Source: Dehalococcoidia bacterium (GTDB taxonomy: Bacteria > Chloroflexota > Dehalococcoidia > Lucifugimonadales > UBA2985). From it: 64,000 bases of DNA. Both the position numbers and the translations under genes were made by a program. The notes beneath the pieces are model-generated. The model was given only the letters and a program-made list of their open reading frames with translations, made no database searches and was not told the origin of the DNA. Location of the stretch: assembly GCA_015661155.1 (NCBI GenBank), contig JACVQK010000001.1, forward strand, positions 24,261 to 88,260, given 5' to 3'. Below are positions 27,826 through 35,739 of this stretch, one piece after another. The stretch's first letter is position 1; every line of letters starts with the position of its first letter.

Positions 27826-28888
27826 CCCACTCTTCTTCGTCCGGGTCAGTGGCAATGGTGCGCCCTGGGCGCACCATTGCTGGGACGAGGGCCCTGCGCC
27901 GCTTCAGCGCCACAGCCAGGAACAGGCCGCCAATGAGGCCCAGGCCGGTCAGGCCTCCAGCCAGAAACTTGAAGTTGCCGCGTATCCCGGAGCCGCCACC
28001 GAGCCCCGACAACTCCAGGTTCAGGGTATCTTGAGAGGGCGATAGGGTAGCGCTGTACACCCCGAACTGTCCCTCCTCTTGGAGGTCCATCGGGCCTTGC
28101 GATACGACTCCCTGGCCGGTCACCTGCCCCTGGTTGCCAGAGGTCATGACCAGGATCTCGGCCGGGCGGTAATCTATCGGACGGACAAACTGGAGCTTGC
28201 CTTTGCCAGAGTAAGGCAGCCCGTAGTAGTACACGATCTGCTGCTCGCCGGGGAACACAGGGGCCAGTGAACAGAACCCACCCTCGTGCCACGTCACCTG
28301 CTCCTCGCTGAGGCCCTGGTGAAGAGTGCCGTTGGATGCCCCCTGGGGGAGAGTGAAGTGCAGCGTCTCGCCCGGATTCCCAACACCACCTTTCGTGGCT
28401 CCAACGTAGGTGCGGTTGCCGGAGTTCTGGAACGTGAAGAACTCCAGCACCTCCACAGCGGACTGCTCTGGCTTGGGGTAGAAGATGACGTGAGCAGCCG
28501 TGACGCTGATGGTTTCGTCGCTACTGGTGGTTTCGTAGACCAGAATGTCCCGAGACACAGGGAACCCCTCGGCCGGTGCTTCGAAGGGGTCATGGTACAT
28601 GACGCCCAGGTAGGTGGCGCAGAGGGCCAGCTGGGTGCCTGGGGCCGGCTCCACGCCCTCGAAGGCAAAGGTGCCGTTCGGGCCGCTGGTGGCCTCCAGT
28701 ACAGGGGCTTCCCTACCGTTTGGAAGCGTCACGTGAAGCTCAAGGAGTTGCTCTGGCACTGGCTCGCCCGTGGTCTTGTTGATGACCGTGCCCTGGACTA
28801 CTCCGCCCTGGGCGAGAGCCGTCTGTAGCGGGAAGGCCAGGGCAAGGACGGCCACTGCCAGGATGGGAAGTATCAGCTTATGCCTCAT
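27806..28888 (-). CDS. secreted carboxypeptidase-regulatory-like domain protein with C-terminal TM anchor
   Basis: Signal peptide MRHKLILPILAVAVLALAFPLQTALA, then GVVQGTVINKTTGEPVP..TSGPNGTFAFEGV. C-terminal GLIGGLFLAVAL plus an acidic tail. Embedded in the ccm operon. Confidence 0.7.
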   Translation of the reverse strand: MRHKLILPILAVAVLALAFPLQTALAQGGVVQGTVINKTTGEPVPEQLLELHVTLPNGREAPVLEATSGPNGTFAFEGVEPAPGTQLALCATYLGVMYHDPFEAPAEGFPVSRDILVYETTSSDETISVTAAHVIFYPKPEQSAVEVLEFFTFQNSGNRTYVGATKGGVGNPGETLHFTLPQGASNGTLHQGLSEEQVTWHEGGFCSLAPVFPGEQQIVYYYGLPYSGKGKLQFVRPIDYRPAEILVMTSGNQGQVTGQGVVSQGPMDLQEEGQFGVYSATLSPSQDTLNLELSGLGGGSGIRGNFKFLAGGLTGLGLIGGLFLAVALKRRRALVPAMVRPGRTIATDPDEEEWDDNERK

Positions 28889-29213
28889 GGTCAGCCTCCT
28901 GTGGTTGTCCTTTCTCCATTGACCCAGGGATCGACCCGTCAAGGCGTTCCAGACGCCGGAGCACCCCGGCGGCCCGTTCGCGGTACCGCTCCCTCAGCTC
29001 CAGATAGTCCGCCTCGGACAAATTTCCCAGGTGGTACTCGAAGTCCAGGTCCCGGATGGCGTCGTAGGCGCTATCCCGCCGGGACAGCAGGGACTCCAGG
29101 CGGTCTCGCTCCCAGCTCTGGCCTGTGTCTGGCGCGGGCCTGGCTCGAAACAGCGGCCACAGCACCACTGCTACTGTTGCGCTGACCATCAGCAACGTTG
29201 CCACAAGAACCAT
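28878..29213 (-). CDS. CcmI/CycH N-terminal-like small protein (TM plus helical region)
   Basis: MVLVATLLMVSATVAVVLWPLF then RRDSAYDAIRDLDFEYHLGNLSEADYLELRERY, the pattern seen at CcmI N-termini. Confidence 0.55.
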   Translation of the reverse strand: MVLVATLLMVSATVAVVLWPLFRARPAPDTGQSWERDRLESLLSRRDSAYDAIRDLDFEYHLGNLSEADYLELRERYRERAAGVLRRLERLDGSIPGSMEKGQPQEADHEA

Positions 29214-29225
29214 GGGTTCCTCCCC

Positions 29226-29720
29226 TCAGATGTCCTCTTTAATATCCCTGTCCACCTGCTCCAGGTACGGGCCCAGGGCAGCGCGGCGCCTCTGCTGCAC
29301 AGCCACGGTCACCAGGTCCCGTCGGCGATTCCAGGCCTGAAGCAGCAGGTAGATCACCGCTCCGCCGGCAGCGATGGCGGCGAAGGGCGTGATCCACGCC
29401 GTGAGGTTGAACCCCCGCTTGGTGGGGGCGGCCAGAATGGTCTCGCCGTACTGACCAACGTAGTAGTCCAGTATCTGGGCCTTGGTCATGCCCTGTACCT
29501 CCATGGCGGCGATATCCACCCGCATCTGGTCACCCACGGGGCAGCCCATGGCGCTGGCGCAGGCCTCCAGGGTGTAGGTACAGCCGCATGTGCACATGAT
29601 CTCCCCCTCCAGCTGGTCCACCATGGACCCTGCCTGAACCGCGCGAGTCCCTGGCCCCGCCACGGCCAGCAGGCCCGCCGCAACCACCATCGCGACCAGG
29701 GCAAGCCTACGGCTGAACAC
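29226..29720 (-). CDS. ccmH: cytochrome c-type biogenesis protein CcmH/NrfF-like with atypical Cys motif
   Basis: GTG at 29720 with GGAGG RBS. MCTCGCTYTLEACASAMGCPVGDQMRVDIAAMEVQGMTKAQILDYYVGQYGETILAAP aligns by eye with the CcmH core (L-R-C-x-x-C...YGE.vl..P), followed by a TM. Confidence 0.75.
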   Translation of the reverse strand: MFSRRLALVAMVVAAGLLAVAGPGTRAVQAGSMVDQLEGEIMCTCGCTYTLEACASAMGCPVGDQMRVDIAAMEVQGMTKAQILDYYVGQYGETILAAPTKRGFNLTAWITPFAAIAAGGAVIYLLLQAWNRRRDLVTVAVQQRRRAALGPYLEQVDRDIKEDI

Positions 29721-31710
29721 GCGCCACCTCCCGCTCCAGCACGTGTTGCTCCCGGCGCACCAGGCGATCCCTCTCCCGGCGGTCGGGCCATATGGCGATG
29801 ACCGTGCCCAACAGCAGCACGCCACCGCCCAGCCATATCCAGGTGACCATGGGGTTGACCAGAATCTTGAAGGTAGCGCTGCCGGCGTTGTCGTCCCACC
29901 CCGCCAGGATGATGTACAGGTCCTCCATCAGCGTGCTGCGCAGTCCAACCTCAGTCACCGGGTTGTCGTGGTTGCGATGGTAGTACTTCTCCGCCTGCAT
30001 GGTCTGAAGGAAGCGGCCACCCTTGGATATCTCCAGCGAAGCCGACACCACCTGATTGCTCGCAGTCTGGTACTCTTTCAAGCCGCGGTAGGTCACCTGG
30101 TAGTTCTTGATGTCGAGGGAGTCGCCAGGCTGCAATACTCCCTCCACGCTGGTGGAGAACAGTGAAGAGGCCACCACCCCCGCCGCCATGACCACGAAGC
30201 CCAGGTGGACGATGAGGCCACCGTAGCGGGGCTTGTTGCTGGCCACCAGCCGCGGGAGACCCCGGAACGGGTCTTCTCCACGGGTCCGCCGTCTTGCTCT
30301 GAGGCCGCGATAGAACTCCAGCGTGGCAGTGGCCACCACGAAGGCCAGAATCCAGGACGACCCGACGGCCCAGACGTTGGTCACGCCCAGAGCTACAAGG
30401 GCTATGGGCATTGCCAGCGACGTGACGAAGGGCCGCAGGAAGTTGCGGAGCAGGTTAGACCGGGACGCCTTGCGCCACCCGATGAGGGGGCACACCGCCA
30501 TGATGGCCAGCAGGGCTAGCAGGATGGGAGGGATGACCTGGTTGTAGAAGGGCGGCCCCACGGTGACCTTGGTTCCGGTGACCGCCTCCGAGATCAGTGG
30601 GAACACGGTGCCCCAGAACATGGCGAAGGCCACCCCCACCAGGAGCAGATTGTTGAACAGGAAGCTGGACTCGCGGGACACCAAGGAGTCCATCTCGCTC
30701 TCGCTTCTTAGCTGCGGGAGGCGGTACCACAGGAGACCCACGGACACCGCTAACACAACGAGGATGAAAGATACGAACAGCGGCCCCATGGGGCCCACGC
30801 TGAAGGTATGCACCGAGGAGAGCACGCCGCTGCGGGTCAGGAAGGTGCCGAAGATGGACAGGGCAAAGGTGGCAATGATGAGGGCCATGTTCCACACCTT
30901 CAGCATCCCCCGGCGCTGCTGGATCATCACCGAGTGGAGATAGGCGGTGCCCGCCAGCCAGGGCATGATGGAGGCGTTCTCCACCGGGTCCCATCCCATG
31001 TAGCCGCCCCAGCCCAACTCAACGTAGGCCCACTGAGCGCCGAAGAGGTTGCCCACGCCCAGGAAGAACCAGGCAAAGAGCGTCCATCGGCGGGTGGAGC
31101 GGATCCACTGATCGTCCAGGCGGTTGGACACCAGGGCGGCGATGGCGAAAGCGAAGGGGATGGTGAACCCCACGTACCCCAGGTACAGCGTGGTGGGGTG
31201 GAAGAACATCCCCATGTTCTCCAGGAGGGGGTTGAGACCCTCGCCCTCGGCGGCGGAAAATGGGAGCTTATCGAAGGGGTTGCTGACGAAGGTGGCCAGG
31301 CCCAGGAAGAAGGCCAGCACCCCTGCGATGACGGCGATGATGACCGTGAGCAGGGCCAGGTTCTGCCGCCGGTTCTGCCACACCACCACCACCCCCATTA
31401 TGGAGAGGACCCACGCCCAAAGAAGAAGGGACCCGGCCTGCCCTGCCCACCAGGCGGCGATGGTGTAGGGAAGGGACATATCCGAGCTGGAGTACTGGTA
31501 CACGTACTGGATGGTGAAGTCCCGGGTGACGAAGGCGTACACCATGGCTGCCGAGGCCAGGGTTAAGAGCCCGGCGGCGGCCAGGAGGCCTGCGCGGGCG
31601 CTGTCCGCCAGCTCGCGGTAGTTCAGGGCCTTCCCCAAAGAGGCGGCCACCATAACGTAGAGAGCCACGAGAAAGGCTACCATCAGGCTCATGCTTCCGA
31701 TGTCGGTCAT
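29707..31710 (-). CDS. ccmF: cytochrome c heme lyase subunit CcmF
   Basis: 667 aa, multi-TM, W-rich motif WGGYMGWDPVENASIMPWL. Confidence 0.95.
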   Translation of the reverse strand: MTDIGSMSLMVAFLVALYVMVAASLGKALNYRELADSARAGLLAAAGLLTLASAAMVYAFVTRDFTIQYVYQYSSSDMSLPYTIAAWWAGQAGSLLLWAWVLSIMGVVVVWQNRRQNLALLTVIIAVIAGVLAFFLGLATFVSNPFDKLPFSAAEGEGLNPLLENMGMFFHPTTLYLGYVGFTIPFAFAIAALVSNRLDDQWIRSTRRWTLFAWFFLGVGNLFGAQWAYVELGWGGYMGWDPVENASIMPWLAGTAYLHSVMIQQRRGMLKVWNMALIIATFALSIFGTFLTRSGVLSSVHTFSVGPMGPLFVSFILVVLAVSVGLLWYRLPQLRSESEMDSLVSRESSFLFNNLLLVGVAFAMFWGTVFPLISEAVTGTKVTVGPPFYNQVIPPILLALLAIMAVCPLIGWRKASRSNLLRNFLRPFVTSLAMPIALVALGVTNVWAVGSSWILAFVVATATLEFYRGLRARRRTRGEDPFRGLPRLVASNKPRYGGLIVHLGFVVMAAGVVASSLFSTSVEGVLQPGDSLDIKNYQVTYRGLKEYQTASNQVVSASLEISKGGRFLQTMQAEKYYHRNHDNPVTEVGLRSTLMEDLYIILAGWDDNAGSATFKILVNPMVTWIWLGGGVLLLGTVIAIWPDRRERDRLVRREQHVLEREVARVQP

Positions 31711-31738
31711 TGGCTTTACCTACTCCCTATGGCGTCCA

Positions 31739-32191
31739 TTAGATAGACGGAACATACTTGCTGGGGCACTTGGCCAGCAGGATGTCTGCGTTGAAGGTGC
31801 CCTCCGGCGTCAGCGCTCCCTCCACCACCACTTCGCCACCCGGCGTGAAGGCATCAGGCACTACCCCCTGGTATGTGACGGGGATGCTCTGCTGCCCGTC
31901 CGTAACGTCGAAGTGGAGGGTCATGCCCCCGGAGACGGCGTGCACGGAGTCCTGCGCGACCGTGCCTCCCAGCCGGACCCGTTCGCCGATGGACTCCCCT
32001 TTGGCCAGAAGCTCGCCCGCCGTCAGGTAGTACATGGCGGCGTTCTGGATGCCCACGATGATGAGATATGCCAGAGCCAGGAGTACCACCGCCGCCACAA
32101 TCATGAACTTCTTCCGCTTCCAGAAGGCGGTGGCGCCGCCTGGCCCTGGGTGCCTTCCCTGAGCTGGTGCCGTTCTCGCCGGTGTGGTCAT
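31739..32191 (-). CDS. ccmE: heme chaperone CcmE, CxxxY variant
   Basis: Trimmed to MTTPARTAP (GGAGATGGA RBS). TM followed by an OB fold (VRLGGTV..). The C-terminus LLAKCPSKYVPSI has Cys where canonical CcmE has the heme-binding His (HxxxY). Confidence 0.9.
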   Translation of the reverse strand: MTTPARTAPAQGRHPGPGGATAFWKRKKFMIVAAVVLLALAYLIIVGIQNAAMYYLTAGELLAKGESIGERVRLGGTVAQDSVHAVSGGMTLHFDVTDGQQSIPVTYQGVVPDAFTPGGEVVVEGALTPEGTFNADILLAKCPSKYVPSI

Positions 32192-32204
32192 TCCATCTCC
32201 TATA

Positions 32205-32343
32205 ACAGGGTGCTGAAAAACTCCTCCGACCATCCCCCTAGCCCCCTTCCTGGCCAGGAAGGGGGAGAATTTGAATCTGTGGGACACCCCCAGACCCCCG
32301 TCAAAGGGGCTGCGCCCCTCTGCACTCCTCCTTTTTCATCAGC
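32205..32343. repeat. composite intergenic repeat, reverse orientation, inside the ccm transcription unit
   Basis: ..CCTCCGACCATCCCCCTAGCCCCCTTCCTGGCCAGGAAGGGGGAGAATTTGAATCTGTGGGACACCCCCAGACCCCCGTCAAAGGGGCTGCGCCCCTCTGCACTCCTCCTTTTTC. Confidence 0.9.
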
Positions 32344-32346
32344 CTC

Positions 32347-32943
32347 CTAAAACTCACGCAGGGCAGCTTCAACAAAGAATGTCCCGCTGTCCCCTGGAGG
32401 CGTAATCCAGATGACCTGGGCATCGCTCTGGAAGAAGAAGTAGTGGGCGTTGTTGCCATCGCTGACGGTGAAGACACGCCGCCCGGCAAGACTCAATTCC
32501 CGCAGGTTGGAGAAGGGGGTCCCGCCCTCTCCGATGGCCTGGGCCATGGCCTCCAACTGCTCCCGGGCGGCGTCGGGCGACGTAGCGGTCCCGGCCCAGA
32601 CAACCCCGCCCTGCTCGTAGTAGGCCACCCTCGCCTCGGTGAGCTGGGGGGACCCCTCCTGGTGCAGCCCCGCCACCATCTGAAGCGCCTGGGGGCCTTC
32701 CACCGTGCTGAGGAGTCTGAAGCCTCCTATCTCCTCCGGGATGGCGCTGGCCTGGGGCAGCCGCTGGACGACGCCCCAGAGGCCCGCCGCAACGACTGCA
32801 ACTATTAGCACAAAGAAGCCCATCTGAGCTGCTTGGAATGAGCTCTTTGCCCGCCGCGCCGGGGCGCTTCTAACCTGTCGAGGGGCAGGTGGCATGGGCA
32901 ATCTCTGTTCATTAGCAGGAGGAATGCTTGTGTTCACAGTCAC
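32347..32943 (-). CDS. membrane-anchored hypothetical protein
   Basis: 198 aa. Basic N-terminus, one TM (FFVLIVAVVAAGLWGVV), then a soluble domain. Start codon uncertain (see shared promoter motif). Confidence 0.6.
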   Translation of the reverse strand: MTVNTSIPPANEQRLPMPPAPRQVRSAPARRAKSSFQAAQMGFFVLIVAVVAAGLWGVVQRLPQASAIPEEIGGFRLLSTVEGPQALQMVAGLHQEGSPQLTEARVAYYEQGGVVWAGTATSPDAAREQLEAMAQAIGEGGTPFSNLRELSLAGRRVFTVSDGNNAHYFFFQSDAQVIWITPPGDSGTFFVEAALREF

Positions 32944-32944
32944 A

Positions 32945-32987
32945 ATCTTACGGAGCGAACCTTAAAGGAACCTGAGACGAGGCTGAG
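32945..32987 (-). promoter_or_regulatory. shared 43-nt upstream architecture, site c
   Basis: Sense strand CTCAGCCTCGTCTCAGGTTCCTTTAAGGTTCGCTCCGTAAGAT. Same spacing as sites a and b, with a -10-like TAAGAT 1 nt from the annotated GTG. Confidence 0.5.
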
Positions 32988-33070
32988 AAGTGGCTGTGGT
33001 AGCCGCGTCGCAAGGAAGGGGAACGGAGGTGAGAGATGTCCACGGGTGGCCCCCCTGAGCGAGTCAAACC

Positions 33071-33904
33071 CTACACCGTCGCCAGGATGCCCAGACCCAG
33101 GGCCACTACTCCAGCGCCGAGGCCCAGGCGAACCCACTCCTTGTGGTGGAGGTTCCAGCGGGCCAGGCGGTTCATCGCCGGGCGGGCAGAGGCCGCGGCC
33201 AGGATAGCCACCAGCGGCAGGACAAACATGACGTTGTACAAGACCAGGTACAGATAGGATTGCACGGGGCTCTGCTGGAGGGCCAGCATACTGAGAATGA
33301 CCAGGTACACGGCTCCGCTACATGGCACGGTGCACAGGCCCACCAGGATTCCCAGGCCGAACATGGTGGCAAAGGATGCCCGCTGGCTCCAGTCCCGCAC
33401 AAGGCTGCCTATTGCCGCCGGGGCACTCAGGCGGAGCCCCCACCCGGGCACCAAGTAGTCCTTTATCATCCACAGCCCCAGGAACACAGCGGCCAGCGCT
33501 CCCAGCCGAGACCCCACGTGGTTCTGAGCCAGGGCCGTGGACACCCTGAGCAGGCCAACCCCCAAGGTAAGGTAAGTAAGGAAGATGGCCACGATGAAAG
33601 CCCCCCCAAAGAGCAGCAGCCTGCCGCGCAGGGTCGAAGAACTGACGCTCTCCACCCCTCGGTTCACGGAGGCAACGGCGGCCACGAAGAGAAGAAGCAC
33701 GGTGAAGGCGCACGGGTTGATGCCATCAACAAGACCGGCAGCAATGATGGTCGGCAGGGCAACCGAGGGAGCGGAGAGTGGACTGGCGGGGCCTGCATAC
33801 AGGCGGGCCGGGGTCTCCCAGAGGCCCGCTGCCAGGCCGATGGCGAACACCAGGATAACGAGAATGGAAAGCGCCACAATAGTGCGGCGGTTGACCACGC
33901 TCAT
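33071..33904 (-). CDS. ccdA: cytochrome c biogenesis thiol-disulfide transporter CcdA/DsbD-like
   Basis: DGINPCAFTVLLLFVA and LCTVPCSGAVYLVIL motifs, 6-8 TM. ATGA overlap with the upstream cupredoxin-like ORF. Confidence 0.85.
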   Translation of the reverse strand: MSVVNRRTIVALSILVILVFAIGLAAGLWETPARLYAGPASPLSAPSVALPTIIAAGLVDGINPCAFTVLLLFVAAVASVNRGVESVSSSTLRGRLLLFGGAFIVAIFLTYLTLGVGLLRVSTALAQNHVGSRLGALAAVFLGLWMIKDYLVPGWGLRLSAPAAIGSLVRDWSQRASFATMFGLGILVGLCTVPCSGAVYLVILSMLALQQSPVQSYLYLVLYNVMFVLPLVAILAAASARPAMNRLARWNLHHKEWVRLGLGAGVVALGLGILATV

Positions 33905-34227
33905 CCCTGTACTACCAGGGTGCCCCACATGTACGGGTTCTCCTTGCCACCGCAGCAGACCGAGCAGTAGAAGCCGAAGGTCCCGCTCTCTGAGGGGGTG
34001 AAGGTGAACTCCTTCGTCGTCAGGGGCGGAACCTCGACGTCCACCCCCAGCTCGTCTATGGCGAACTGGTGCCAGCCACCGCCGTCGGTGTGGAACTGGT
34101 CCTCTTTGTTCACCAGGCGAAGGGTGATGGGCTCCCCCAACCGAGCCTCGATGCGCGATGGATTGAAGCCCTCCATGGACGGCTGGACAATCACTGCGCC
34201 GGGGCTGCCGCCTCCACTGGGCCTCAC
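33901..34227 (-). CDS. cupredoxin-like domain protein (soluble domain; see in-frame TGA finding)
   Basis: FNPSRIEARLGEPITLRLVNKEDQFHTDGGGWHQFAIDELGVDVEVPPLTTKEFTFTPSESGTFGFYCSVCCG. No RBS before the tracked GTG. Confidence 0.6.
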   Translation of the reverse strand: MRPSGGGSPGAVIVQPSMEGFNPSRIEARLGEPITLRLVNKEDQFHTDGGGWHQFAIDELGVDVEVPPLTTKEFTFTPSESGTFGFYCSVCCGGKENPYMWGTLVVQG

Positions 34228-34233
34228 GGCGGG

Positions 34234-34362
34234 TCAGAGGAAGTAGGCGGCCAGAGAAATGACGGCTAAGGTTACGGCCCCGAAGGCCAGGAGGCGAACT
34301 GTTCCACCCGCACGACGAGCCGCCGCCTTGCGCCGCCGGTTCGAGAGTCCTCTCGCATTCAT
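34234..34362 (-). CDS. 42-codon signal-anchor ORF, in frame with the cupredoxin-like ORF across a TGA
   Basis: GGAG RBS then ATG at 34362. MNARGLSNRRRKAAARRAGGTVRLLAFGAVTLAVISLAAYFL-TGA, then 2 codons, then the tracked ORF. Confidence 0.35.
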   Translation of the reverse strand: MNARGLSNRRRKAAARRAGGTVRLLAFGAVTLAVISLAAYFL

Positions 34363-34441
34363 GGTTTGTTTCTCCACGGGCTACCTCCTTGACTCACCTC
34401 AAGTCTGATGCGGGTGGTCTGTCTGGGTCTTTCATCCATGC

Positions 34442-34762
34442 CTATCCACCCTCCGGTGAGCCTGGCCGTTCTCCCACACTGAAACCCATCCGGCGGCTTG
34501 TGGGGTGGTGAAGGGACACGGTCACCATGGACACCAGCTCATAGGGGAGAAAAGCGACATCCATATCCGCACAGGTCTTCGCGTCCCTGAAATGCTGGAC
34601 AGCAAACCAGGTGTCCGCCAGGTGGACGGCGTGGCACAGGTCCAGGGTACGTCCTGTAGCCAGGTGGAGGTTTACCACGGGCACAGCGTCAGGTTGCCCG
34701 TGGCACTCCTTCGTCACACGGTCCGGCAGGACTTCTCGGTAGAAGCTGGCGTCGAAGGCCAT
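34442..34762 (-). CDS. hypothetical protein
   Basis: 106-aa ORF starting 5 nt after the upstream stop. No homology recognised. Confidence 0.4.
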   Translation of the reverse strand: MAFDASFYREVLPDRVTKECHGQPDAVPVVNLHLATGRTLDLCHAVHLADTWFAVQHFRDAKTCADMDVAFLPYELVSMVTVSLHHPTSRRMGFSVGERPGSPEGG

Positions 34763-34767
34763 AGCCG

Positions 34768-35151
34768 TTAGCGCCAGTCCATCATTCCTTGGGCGGACTG
34801 CATCATACCACCGCCCGTGGGGCCGTTCATGGCCCCATGATGGCCGTCGCCCACGTGCTCTTCCATGGCATGGGAGTCCTCTTCGGCCATGTGGGTTTCG
34901 GTATTTTCGTGGTGGTCATCGCTCATGTGCCCTTCCATGGCCCGCCACTCCTCTTCGGTGAGGGAGCCCATGGCCCCGGCCATGCCCTCCACGTCGCCCG
35001 CCTCACACGTCTCGTGCATCGCTGCATAGGTGTCCGGCGCGGAGTCATCCGCCTGTCCAGGCGATGCAGCCCATGCGGGAATCGCCAGGACTGCCCCAAC
35101 AAGAAGTACGACGACCACACCAGTGGCTCCAAACCACCAGGATATTCGCAT
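34768..35151 (-). CDS. secreted His/Met/Glu-rich protein (putative metal binding)
   Basis: Trimmed to MRISWWFGATGVVVVLLVGAVLAIPAWA (signal peptide). The mature part has repeated HM..E/H motifs (EGHMSDDHHENTETHMAEEDSHAMEEHVGDGHHGAM..MMQSAQGMM). Confidence 0.6.
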   Translation of the reverse strand: MRISWWFGATGVVVVLLVGAVLAIPAWAASPGQADDSAPDTYAAMHETCEAGDVEGMAGAMGSLTEEEWRAMEGHMSDDHHENTETHMAEEDSHAMEEHVGDGHHGAMNGPTGGGMMQSAQGMMDWR

Positions 35152-35265
35152 TCTCACAAGATTCCCCCTTCCTTCCAACAGGATTGGCTTTACCATTGAG
35201 ACATCCAATGCCGGCTGTCCCACAAAGGATGATGCCAGCCGGCCGTTCTAGTGATGTCCGCCTGT

Positions 35266-35454
35266 TCAGCCACCTGCCATGGGTTTGGGGCCGACCTTCA
35301 AATACTTTCCCGGCTCCTTGGCGAAGTCGGCTTTGCAGCCGGGGGAGCAGAAGTAGTGGGTCTTGCCCATGTGAACGATGGGGGCGGCGGCCTTCTTGGG
35401 GTCCACCTGCATACCACAGACCGAGTCCTTCTCCTTACGTGACCAGAACACCAT
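35266..35454 (-). CDS. YHS/TRASH domain protein
   Basis: DSVCGMQVDPKKAAAPIVHMGKTHYFCSPGCKADFAKEPGKY is the YHS pattern. Confidence 0.8.
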   Translation of the reverse strand: MVFWSRKEKDSVCGMQVDPKKAAAPIVHMGKTHYFCSPGCKADFAKEPGKYLKVGPKPMAGG

Positions 35455-35472
35455 TTCGATTACCTCCTTCCT

Positions 35473-35492
35473 TAGCTTACTATAGCTTACTA
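35473..35492 (-). promoter_or_regulatory. tandem 10-mer (TAGCTTACTA x2) directly upstream of the YHS gene RBS; candidate operator
   Basis: Perfect tandem duplication in the 66-bp spacer. Sense strand TAGTAAGCTATAGTAAGCTAAGGAAGGAGG..ATG. Confidence 0.35.
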
Positions 35493-35520
35493 TCGAGACG
35501 TCGCCGAGGGTCTCATGAAC

Positions 35521-35739
35521 CTAGTGACAGCCCCCGCTCGCACTGCGGTCGCTCTTCTCTCCCACCCTAGCCACGGCGTCCTGCTCCCCTGGCTGCTTGG
35601 TGTGCTCGTGCCCTTCCATGCCACGTCCACCATACCCGTGGCTGCCGTGCCCGTGAGCTCGCATCATGAACAAGAAATGCACTCCGCCAAACAGAATCCA
35701 TATGCCATAGCTTTGCAAGAAATCCCACATGACCGTCAC
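35521..35739 (-). CDS. DUF2933-like small membrane protein with His-rich tail
   Basis: MWDFLQSYGIWILFGGVHFLFMMRAHGHGSHGYGGRGMEGHEH. ATGA overlap with the upstream cupredoxin-like gene. Confidence 0.6.
   Translation of the reverse strand: MTVMWDFLQSYGIWILFGGVHFLFMMRAHGHGSHGYGGRGMEGHEHTKQPGEQDAVARVGEKSDRSASGGCH

Noticed and set aside
34234-34236. Reading the in-frame TGA as selenocysteine.
   Set aside because: The position is in a membrane-proximal linker with no redox context. The only downstream structure is a weak 5-bp stem, and no sel genes are in the window. Kept only as one alternative in the finding.
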